64,000 nt of DNA from a virus, in the IMG/VR virus record IMGVR_UViG_3300047508_000198, positions 20,945 through 84,944 of that record; one strand, written 5' to 3'. Position 1 is the stretch's first letter. Every line of letters starts with the position of its first letter. A model generated the notes under the pieces. That model was not told the DNA's origin and searched no databases. It saw nothing but the letters and a program-made list of their open reading frames with translations. The position numbers and the translations under genes were made by a program. This document shows positions 37,801-45,276 of the stretch, one piece after another.

Positions 37801-40110
37801 GTGATGGCCCTTGCGGATCAGGTCATCGGTGAAGTCGTGCAGGATCCGGGGCAGCTTCGGATGCCACTGCAGCACCTGCTGGGCGTGCCCGGCCACCCGG
37901 TGGAAGTACCGGGCGTGCGACGGGTCCTCCTCGCCCCAGTTGCGCTCGGCCAGCTCGTCATCGGACAGGCCGTGCGGGTTGGGGTGGCCGCCGGGCAGGT
38001 GCTCCTCGTGCCAGTTGCGGCGGGTGCCCTTGCTGTCGGAGTACTGCCACTGCATGCTGGCGTTGAGCTTGTCGTCGTGCCAGTCCGGGTGGTGCTTGTC
38101 GGCCCACTGGGCGATCGCCAGGTTGAGATGGTCCTCGGTCGGGAAGTGCGCCGGGTTCCGCATGTGCAGCCGGGCATGCACCAGGGCCGAACCGACGCCG
38201 GGGCTGCCGCCGCCGATCTTCGACGGGTAGATGCCCTTGGCGAACCCGTGCGCCACCCGGTGCAGCGGGCTGAAGTGCGTGCCGAGCAGCTTGTTCGGCT
38301 GCGGCCAGCCGCGGCCGGACTCGCCGCCGCGCTGGTCCTCCAGCGGGCGGCCGGCCCGCAGGTCCTCCGGCTGGCCCTTGGTGCCGTGGAACCAGGCGTG
38401 GCTGAACTCCGGCCGGCCGCCGAACTGGCTAGTGCCGTGGTAGGGATTCGGGAAGGCCTCGGGCACGGCCGGATCGCCGACCGCGGCCAGGTGCCGGGAG
38501 GGGCGGCCGAAGTCGTGCCGGTGCCAGTGCTCCTGGCCGCCGTGCTTCCAGCTGATGCCGGTCAGGTGCACCGGGGCCCCGTACTTCAGCGGCACCTCGT
38601 GCTCGCTGCGCTCGTGGTCGAAGCCGTACATGTGCCGGGCTTCGAGGTGGTCCGGATCGGTCTCGATGTGGTCCTCGTCCGGGCTGGCGGCGTGCAGCAC
38701 CACGTGGGTCACCGACGGCTTAGGACCCATCCCGACCGGGCCCTCATACGTATCGTCCGAGCCCCAGTGCCGGGCCGCGGTCTCGTTCGGGGTCCAGTGC
38801 ACGCCGAGGTGGCCCTCATGGTCGGCGCCGTACTCCGCCTCCTCCTGGGTGCCGCCGTGGAAGCCCTCGCGGTGCAGGTAGCCGCGCAGGGCATGAGCGC
38901 GCTCGGCGGACGGCCGGGACTCGTCATGCACCGCGTCATGGACCTCGCGCGGCAGCTGCTTGACCAGGCCGCGGTGGATGCCGCCCGCAAATGGCAGGTG
39001 GTAATACCAGTCGGTGTAGGTGTCGCGGTGCTGCTCGGCCACCATCGGGTCATCGTGCTCGCCGTGCACCGGGCACTCGCGCATGGTCTGGCATTCCTCG
39101 TGCGCGCTGTTGTGCCCGGCAACATCCTCGTCGTCGAGCGGCTCACCGCAGTGGAAGCACGGCGGGTTGACGGCCGCGGCGAAGTGCTCCAGCAGGCTGA
39201 CCTTGCGAACCACGCGCAGCGGGTGGCGCGAGCGGTAATCGCCCCCGCCGCCGCCCGGGTCGGGCTCGTGCGGCCCAGTCGGTTCCACCTCATAGACGGC
39301 TGGCGGCAACCGCGGGTCACCGCGGCTGCGGGCCCAGCGCGCGGCCTGGCCCGCCCCTGCGGAGAAAAACGTCCGGCCGATGGTGTCGTCCTGCTGGGTC
39401 GGCGTGATGCCGTGCTCGCGCAGGTACGGGGCGAGGGAAGACTCATGGCCGGGCTCGATCACAGCGCCCGGCTCCAGGTCCGCCCGGGTCCCGTGATACC
39501 AGGCGGCGAAGTGCTCCAGCAGCCCGGCGGTCTTCGGCTCGTCGAGACGCTCCAGGTGCTTCGCCGAGGGAACCACGGCGGAGATGGACCCCTCGTCCTC
39601 GCTGACGTTGCGGTAGAAGTAGCCGCTCTTGGCCCGGCCGCGCTTGATCTGGCCGGCCATCAGGCCGTTGGCCTTGAAGTCCTCGTGCGGGATGGCCGGG
39701 TGATTGGTCATGGGCCCGGTGATCCGCACCGGGAAGATGTGCGGCCGGGCATCGAGCGGGATCTTCGGGCTGTGGCCGGAGGCATCCGGTGAGTAGCTGG
39801 CCGTGCCGTTCGGGTAGGCCGGCTCGTGGTGCTCGACAACCCGCTTCCAGGTCCTATCCGCGGGATTGAACTCGTGCCGGACCTGATCGCGGCTGATCAG
39901 CGTCTTGCCGTACTCCCGGGTACCGTCCCATTCGCCCTCGTGCGGCTTGCCGATCCGGGCCTCCAGCGCCTGCTTAGCCGCCTCGCGGGTCCCGACGTGG
40001 ATGCCGTACCTCGCGCCGGTCTGCCAGGTCCGTACGTCCGGGGTGCCGTGGTAGAAGGTCCACCCGGGATCCGGCTGGTACGTCCCGAAGTGCGCCATCA
40101 GGTCAGGCAT
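34837..40110 (-). CDS. Polyvalent polyprotein: about 7 ART-like, 2 ParB/Srx and 1 Nudix module
   Basis: Three Arr-like Y/FHGT..PG..VYxVxPxG..PLRV; HGT..GIHVGT and HGT..GTHFS types; two RG..HWT..ExEV types; EGNSRL and NGHHRT ParB motifs; Nudix box PGG..EGEDSYAAARREAAEEMG. Confidence 0.85.
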   Translation of the reverse strand: MPDLMAHFGTYQPDPGWTFYHGTPDVRTWQTGARYGIHVGTREAAKQALEARIGKPHEGEWDGTREYGKTLISRDQVRHEFNPADRTWKRVVEHHEPAYPNGTASYSPDASGHSPKIPLDARPHIFPVRITGPMTNHPAIPHEDFKANGLMAGQIKRGRAKSGYFYRNVSEDEGSISAVVPSAKHLERLDEPKTAGLLEHFAAWYHGTRADLEPGAVIEPGHESSLAPYLREHGITPTQQDDTIGRTFFSAGAGQAARWARSRGDPRLPPAVYEVEPTGPHEPDPGGGGGDYRSRHPLRVVRKVSLLEHFAAAVNPPCFHCGEPLDDEDVAGHNSAHEECQTMRECPVHGEHDDPMVAEQHRDTYTDWYYHLPFAGGIHRGLVKQLPREVHDAVHDESRPSAERAHALRGYLHREGFHGGTQEEAEYGADHEGHLGVHWTPNETAARHWGSDDTYEGPVGMGPKPSVTHVVLHAASPDEDHIETDPDHLEARHMYGFDHERSEHEVPLKYGAPVHLTGISWKHGGQEHWHRHDFGRPSRHLAAVGDPAVPEAFPNPYHGTSQFGGRPEFSHAWFHGTKGQPEDLRAGRPLEDQRGGESGRGWPQPNKLLGTHFSPLHRVAHGFAKGIYPSKIGGGSPGVGSALVHARLHMRNPAHFPTEDHLNLAIAQWADKHHPDWHDDKLNASMQWQYSDSKGTRRNWHEEHLPGGHPNPHGLSDDELAERNWGEEDPSHARYFHRVAGHAQQVLQWHPKLPRILHDFTDDLIRKGHHGITYGNEVEGPGQGSYDGEWDKEFAEHTRQDVRHISAIATRPSQIETTHVEHIAPPKTAPEPHEVEHHPVEPRFWGEDENWQHGKRGYSSELNEDKPMYDRVGRFHAEHGGAYPGVRKQAILPGGDLSEVSKRFEQARVEWVRTDKLMKHREWHHGPGTSRSPEGEVMAPRHTPEEWAANVQSVRDEGIRQPIHVNWDPKSNYAYVPEGNSRLAWAAEAGHEAVPVIGHRHSWIPNRRKYKLPGASKGPEVKERHGNHIPADIAPSEFLPEDYMHHPGKTAAAPAYDGPYYHGTAARLSPGALIEPGHKGHDVSSKKHVYLSATDSVARTFGGLAAVRNKAKTYSIYQVEPTGPVEPDPDGMGHRSEHPLRVVSLHERGASPEDPNPWWNQPGTGKGYPRQASAGPQEFFHGTRKFFHPGQDLTPGHRGGVSGSVMEHVYLTTSQERAAGYAHAAPSPDDEYSDDTPRVYRVRPSGPVEDDSEDGGPGAFRTKAPVRVLEEVPGKGYPKKAMIIDMANAGDDFTPDTGYVECDQGHEHWGPHGASFLLLRHRAPDGHHRYLLQKRTSSGFTDHGGTWALPGGALQHEGEDSYAAARREAAEEMGPLPRMKHHHTVRDDHGGWFADTHVADLGKRFEPKGGGSTSFEAEGHAWFDKHEVDGLKETGALHPGFAKTWDTVRRSRVDKTAAALYTQRVERIHPRDLLPYAQREAWRMQDPAGRRHISDLAEKIRQQGYKPSLHGGMSGDTHSYPPSHPITLVHDDDQSWLWNGHHRTFALNEAGYDKPVPVLVKDFRTARTAVITPGSLPPEQQRAFDTEDLGVHRREMFDLAKNPPPGTRVWRGEMRDETEHPKDAGSVGMHWTANPDALITHPTGEPGKRRVVWQGVVEDHEKQAFPRSHPMWRGIHRSMDWEAEVRFRPGAHVKLEGAYVDHSGNPGYLVPQKPERTSPSWEYHPLGHHVTIKHSGRGAADYSELGIEREAKPAMVP

Positions 40111-43100
40111 GGGCGGGCTCCAGGTCAGCGGTCGTCATGCCGTGGCCGAGCGCGACTGGAGCATGGTCCGCTGGACCGTACTTCAGCTGCTTCAGCTTGC
40201 TCACCAGGTCGCCGCTGGCCTGGTCGAGGGCCTTCTCCAGCACGTTGGCGGTGCCCTGCCAGCCCAGCCCGGTCTCGCTGAAGTCCTGCACCCGGCCGCC
40301 GTGGATGTAGTCCCAGATCCGGCCCGCCTCCTGGGTGCGGAACGGCTCGGGCAGCCGCAGGATGGCGCGGACCTGGCTGATCAGCCCGCGGGCCTCCTGG
40401 AAGACCGCGCTGCCCTGCGGGAACTGCTCGGGGGACCAGTCCGGCATGTCCGGCGGCTTCACCGCCCAGTCGTCGCGGGTCAGGTCGTAGGCGGCGTAGG
40501 GCTTGATCACCCGGATGTCCAGCGCGTTGTGGTTGACGTAGCCGGTCAGGTCATACGTGCCGTCCGGGTCGAACGGCGGGTGCCAGCCGGGCGCGTTGAA
40601 GCGCTGCTGCAGGATCGTGTTCAGGTGCCGGTCGATCTCGGTGTCAGTCAGGTCGGCCAGCTGCATGCTCTCCCGGCGGGCGTAGGAGTAGGCCACGCCG
40701 ATCAGCACGTCAAGGTCCCCGTTGCCGACCAGCTCCGGGCTCGTCCACTTGGAGGCCTGAGAGCCCGCCAGGTAGACCCGGGTCACCACGTCCCAGGCCG
40801 GGCCCAGGACGGGCTCCAGGACGCCCTGGAGCCGCCCCAGCAGCGCCTGGCGGACCTCGGGCTTCAGCTGCTCGTCCTTGGTGAACAGCCGGTGATCCAG
40901 GCCGTAGGTCGGGCCGAAGATCCGCTCGGTCGGGACGAAGACCGCGGTATGCCGGCTCTCCCTGCGCTCGCGGCAGGCGTCCTTGTCGGTGCACTCCATC
41001 GCGAGCCCCATGACCGGGGCGTACGGGCTGGCCTTCGTGAACTTCTCTTTACTGTCCCGGACGCCGCACTTCCAGCACTCTTCCTGGTCCGGCTGCAGCG
41101 GCTTGCGGCGGGCCCCAGCGCGCCCGAGCGGCAACGGCTCCTGGCCGTGGCCGGGCATCCGGGCCTGCTGGTGCTCAGCCTCCCCTGGGCTCAGGTGGTC
41201 CTCATACGCGCCGTGGTGCTGGGTGACCTGGATCCGGTGCGGGTCGAAGACGATCGCCGACTTATTGGCCTCCGTGCCGTGCTTGCTGACCTCATACTCG
41301 TTGCCGTAGATGACGCCATCGTGGCCCTGGTCCTGCAGCCGCCTGCGGAACCGGTCGGCGATACCCCACCGGTCGGGGTGCCGGTTCAGCCAGGTGGTCC
41401 GGGCCGGGTGCGGGTTGGCGCCGTAGCCGAACGAACCCTCGATCTTGTCCTTCCAGATCTTGTGGTTACCGAACTGCTGGTGGATCCGGTGCGCCTCGGG
41501 CCACATCTCCTCGACCTCGGCCCGGTCGTCCTCGTCGTCGCTGCCTAGAGGGATGTGGTTGCTGGGGTGATTGCCGGCCGCGTACTCGTGCTCGTAGGCC
41601 TCGTGGTCCATGTCGTGCTCAGAGTCGTAGACCTTCGGGTTGTGCATCCCGAGCCGGGCGTGGATGATGCCGCGGGACTCGCCGCGGTGCTCGTCCCCGT
41701 GCCGCTCGTTGCGGCCGGAGGTATGCTCGCCGAGCGCGAAGTCCTTGGCGATGTCGTGGTCGGCAGTGAAGTGCGTGCCGAGCAGCCCGTTCCAGCTGCC
41801 GTTCGGCTCGGAGTCCGGGTGCTCGAAGTAGCTCTCGTCCGTCGTCATCGGGTCCTGGAAGCCGTGCTGGCTCAGCTCCTCGGGGTAGGCCCGGGTGCCG
41901 TGGAACCACTCGTCGCCCCCGGTGTGCGGGTTGCGCATGCCGGGCATCGGCAGCACGGCCTCGTGCTGTCCGGGGCGCGGCACCTTCCGGACCACCTCCC
42001 ACGGGTCGGATGAGGCCCACTCAATGCCCCGGGCGTCGCGGCGGTGCCCGTACCAGCCGGTCGGCTTGACCTCATACACGTGCTGGCCGTAGCCGCGGGC
42101 GCCCTTGTAGGCATCATCCGGCTCGGCCTGCTCGGTCGCGTAAACGTGCGTCATCCGGCTCACGAAGTTGCCGGGGTGGCCGGGCTCGATGTGCTCACCG
42201 GGCCCGAACTCCTTGCGGCTGCCGTGGTACAGCGGCGCCGGGACATCCTGCGGGTGGCGCAGGTGGGTCAGGCCGGTGCCCGCCGTCCACAGGTCCTCGT
42301 GCTGACCAGCGGGGCCATGCGCCGTCACCCGGCCCTTGATGTTGGTGTCGTAGGACCAGCCGGCCTGGCGGGCACCTTCACGCTCATTCCAGTGGTCCTG
42401 GTTGGTCCAATGACCGGGATCATCGGGACCCCTGCCGAGGTGGTCCGGGTCGTCGGGGTCCATGAACCCCTCGTGCTGGCGGGTCGGCACGTGGGTGATG
42501 CCCGCGCGCTCGGCCGCGAGCAGCCGGGTGTGGCCGTTGCGGACCTGGGGCGGGTCCTGCTCGTAGTCGACCGGGATGGGCCGCTTGACGCCGTTGCGCG
42601 CAACGTCCGCAACGAACGCGCGCACCGAGGGGTGGTCCCAGACGATGTTGTCCCGGGCCTCGGCCCAGGTATCGAAGTCGTACGGCTTGTAGTGCGCGAG
42701 CATGTGCGCCACGGACTCGGTGCGCTCGGCCGCGGGGACCGGACCTGAAGTTTTCTCCCAGGCGCTCGTACGAAACTTAAAATGACTATAAGGTCCAAAG
42801 TTGCCTGCTGAGCCCTCGTGCTGCTGGTGGGGCTCCAGGTGTTCAGTGTGATGGACGTCGAGGGCGTCGCCCGTGCCGGTGCGCCACTCGCTCATGCTGC
42901 TCACCGGATAGCCCTGCGCGCCCGGCTTCGGCCGGACGTGCAGCATGGCGAAGTGCTTCGGGTCCTTGGCGGCGAAGGCCTTGGTGTCGGTGGCGAAGAA
43001 CATCGGGTCCTCGGGCCCGCCCGCGATCTGCCGGTGCACCGCGAAGTGCTTGTAGAAGTCGGCCGCGTTCTCCCGGCGCTCGTCCGGGTCCATGTCCTTT

Positions 43101-44899
43101 TCCCAGTAGGCGTGCATCTTCTGCGGCGGCTTATGGCCGCTCATCCAGCCCTCGTCGTCCTTGGACGGGCGGGTGCCGGGGCCGTTTACCTTGTCCATCA
43201 TCTCCTGGGAGGAGCCCCCGGTGTACCAGCGCTTGGTGCCCTCCAGGGCGCGGCGCAGCCCGTCCGGGTGCGGGTCGCCGTCCTTCCAGTCCTTGTCCCA
43301 GTAGCGCGCGATGTCGGTATGCCAGGGGCGGCTGGCGCCGTGGCCCGCCTTGGCCTGGTCCCACATCTGCCGCGGGGTGAACGTGCCGTTGACCGCGCCG
43401 TGGAACTCGTGCAGCGCGCCCAGGATGCCGTGCGCCAGGTGCTTGTCCGTGGTCAGGGAGATGGTGTCGTCCTCGCCGCCGCCCAGGCCGTGGCCGCCGC
43501 GCTGCTGGTCCAGCTCGGCGCGGGTCTTCAGGCCGTGCTCGCGCACCCCCGGCTCGTCGGTGGTGACGTGGTACATCTCGTGCGGCATCCTGGCCCACTT
43601 GGGCGCGCCCTGGTCGTCGGTCTCATGGCCGCCGAAGTAGTACCCGTGCCCCTTGGCCTGCTCCGCGCTCAGGTGGCCGAGGGACAGGCCGCGCTTGATG
43701 TGCGCCTTCCACCGACGGCGGGTCTCGAACATGGCCTCGTTGTGCGCGTCGCGCTTCTCCGGCGGCCAGTCCTCGGGAGCAAAGTCGTACTTCGGCTCGG
43801 GGCCGTAGGAGGGCATCGGCAGCACGGCCTGGTGCTGCATGGGCTCGGGATCGTCCCAGTCGCCCCGGTGCGCCTGGCTGCCCGGGTCCCAGGAGACCGG
43901 CAGGTGGCTCACGCGGAGCTGGTGCGCGCGGACGATGCGGTGAGCGCCCTCGCTGACCACGGTGTGGCCGCTGGAAGCCTTCGCCAGCAGCACGGGGTCG
44001 ATCGTGCCGGCCCGGATGGGCTCGTCGAGCTGGTGCCACTCCTCCGGGTTCTGGTCCATCTCCTCGGCCTTGGAGTCATACATCGTGCGGACGCGCGTCG
44101 CGTCACTGTGACCGGCATACCGGTTCCCGGTCCAGTTGCGCTCATGGAACAGCGCCTCGTCCGAGTGCAGATCGAGCAGGTCCTCGACGCTCATGTGCCC
44201 GTGCCCGGCTGCCGCCGTCTTGCCGCAGCAGCGGATCGGCGGGCCCCAGTAGCCCTGCTCGCGGTAGCCGCCGGAGCCGGCGTCGCGGACATGCCTCGCG
44301 GGCACCTTGGCATGGTGCACGGTGTACTGGTTCTCCGGCTCGTCGTCGCCGGACTCGGCGTAAGCGTGCTTGGCCGCGTAGCTCTTGGAGAGCGTCACCC
44401 AGTCGCCCGTGTTGATCTCGTGCGGGGCGGAATGGTGACTGGCCCGGTAGATGTCCACCTCGGCATCCGGCTTGCCCTGGACCCGGCGCATCTGGGCCAG
44501 CGCCTCGTGATCGTCGCGGGACGGCGGGCTGGTGTCGGAGAAGTGCTGCGGGTGCGTCAGGTAGTCCGGGCCCCAGTACGAGGTGTGGTCGTAATCGGCG
44601 TCGTGGGCCTCACCGGTGAGGTCGTGCAGCGGAGCGCCGTGCTCCATCGGGCGGTGGTGAATGCCGTAGTCCTCGACGCCGGCCTGGCGCCAGTGGCGGC
44701 GCTTCGGCGGGGCCGGCTGGTCGTTCTCGCGGCCAGGGCACCAGGGGAGGGCGGCGTCATCGCCGCGGTGCATGCGGCCGGAGCCGTCGCAGCGATCGCA
44801 CTCGCTGCGGTCCTCGTGCTCGCCCGTGCTCCGGCAGCAGCTGCACGGCTCCTCACCGCGGCCGGGACGGGCAGCGGCGAAGTGCTCCAGGATGTCCAA
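40103..44899 (-). CDS. Polyvalent polyprotein: Zn fingers, about 4 ART-like, 2 ParB/Srx and a C-terminal Pol-beta-type nucleotidyltransferase
   Basis: IYRA..INTGDWVTLSKSYA; EGAHRI; YHVT..GL..ISLTTD; NGHTRL; LYHGS..IEPG..VYEVKPTG; FHGT..GTHFT..GHDGVIY; LAGSQAS..GDLDVLI. Confidence 0.85.
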   Translation of the reverse strand: MDILEHFAAARPGRGEEPCSCCRSTGEHEDRSECDRCDGSGRMHRGDDAALPWCPGRENDQPAPPKRRHWRQAGVEDYGIHHRPMEHGAPLHDLTGEAHDADYDHTSYWGPDYLTHPQHFSDTSPPSRDDHEALAQMRRVQGKPDAEVDIYRASHHSAPHEINTGDWVTLSKSYAAKHAYAESGDDEPENQYTVHHAKVPARHVRDAGSGGYREQGYWGPPIRCCGKTAAAGHGHMSVEDLLDLHSDEALFHERNWTGNRYAGHSDATRVRTMYDSKAEEMDQNPEEWHQLDEPIRAGTIDPVLLAKASSGHTVVSEGAHRIVRAHQLRVSHLPVSWDPGSQAHRGDWDDPEPMQHQAVLPMPSYGPEPKYDFAPEDWPPEKRDAHNEAMFETRRRWKAHIKRGLSLGHLSAEQAKGHGYYFGGHETDDQGAPKWARMPHEMYHVTTDEPGVREHGLKTRAELDQQRGGHGLGGGEDDTISLTTDKHLAHGILGALHEFHGAVNGTFTPRQMWDQAKAGHGASRPWHTDIARYWDKDWKDGDPHPDGLRRALEGTKRWYTGGSSQEMMDKVNGPGTRPSKDDEGWMSGHKPPQKMHAYWEKDMDPDERRENAADFYKHFAVHRQIAGGPEDPMFFATDTKAFAAKDPKHFAMLHVRPKPGAQGYPVSSMSEWRTGTGDALDVHHTEHLEPHQQHEGSAGNFGPYSHFKFRTSAWEKTSGPVPAAERTESVAHMLAHYKPYDFDTWAEARDNIVWDHPSVRAFVADVARNGVKRPIPVDYEQDPPQVRNGHTRLLAAERAGITHVPTRQHEGFMDPDDPDHLGRGPDDPGHWTNQDHWNEREGARQAGWSYDTNIKGRVTAHGPAGQHEDLWTAGTGLTHLRHPQDVPAPLYHGSRKEFGPGEHIEPGHPGNFVSRMTHVYATEQAEPDDAYKGARGYGQHVYEVKPTGWYGHRRDARGIEWASSDPWEVVRKVPRPGQHEAVLPMPGMRNPHTGGDEWFHGTRAYPEELSQHGFQDPMTTDESYFEHPDSEPNGSWNGLLGTHFTADHDIAKDFALGEHTSGRNERHGDEHRGESRGIIHARLGMHNPKVYDSEHDMDHEAYEHEYAAGNHPSNHIPLGSDDEDDRAEVEEMWPEAHRIHQQFGNHKIWKDKIEGSFGYGANPHPARTTWLNRHPDRWGIADRFRRRLQDQGHDGVIYGNEYEVSKHGTEANKSAIVFDPHRIQVTQHHGAYEDHLSPGEAEHQQARMPGHGQEPLPLGRAGARRKPLQPDQEECWKCGVRDSKEKFTKASPYAPVMGLAMECTDKDACRERRESRHTAVFVPTERIFGPTYGLDHRLFTKDEQLKPEVRQALLGRLQGVLEPVLGPAWDVVTRVYLAGSQASKWTSPELVGNGDLDVLIGVAYSYARRESMQLADLTDTEIDRHLNTILQQRFNAPGWHPPFDPDGTYDLTGYVNHNALDIRVIKPYAAYDLTRDDWAVKPPDMPDWSPEQFPQGSAVFQEARGLISQVRAILRLPEPFRTQEAGRIWDYIHGGRVQDFSETGLGWQGTANVLEKALDQASGDLVSKLKQLKYGPADHAPVALGHGMTTADLEPAHA

Positions 44900-44930
44900 C
44901 GGAAGCCTCCCTCACGGCTTCCGGGGCGTG

Positions 44931-45173
44931 CTACTGCCCGGCGGCTGCGGCCAGGTCGTCGTAGTCGGCCGTCGACCGGAACTGAGGTACCGGGATGCCC
45001 GGCCTGTCCACGGCAGCAGCTGGCACGATGGTCTCCAGGGTGAACTTCGGGCAGGGACCGCCATCAGGACCTGAGTGGCAGCCGCGCGCCAGGCAGCCGG
45101 TCTCGCCGTTGCTGTGCAGCGGGCGCGGGTGCCTGCACCGGCCGCAGATGACGCGCCCCGTCTGCTGTGTCAT
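44931..45173 (-). CDS. Small Cys/His Zn-binding protein
   Basis: AAGGAGG RBS before MTQQTG; CGRCRHPRPLH..C..C..CPKF. Confidence 0.55.
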   Translation of the reverse strand: MTQQTGRVICGRCRHPRPLHSNGETGCLARGCHSGPDGGPCPKFTLETIVPAAAVDRPGIPVPQFRSTADYDDLAAAAGQ

Positions 45174-45276
45174 GCTGCCCTCCTTCCAAAGGCTGGTATG
45201 CAGAATGCACATTCAGTAGATTCCCTAATAATCTTAGCATCACACCAGATCGGAGTATTCCGGCTCATCTGCCGCA

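Noticed and set aside
42782-42806. Resemblance to the 23S rRNA / I-CeuI site (ACTATAA.GGTCC.AAG)
   Set aside because: Short, gapped, inside an open coding frame; likely chance
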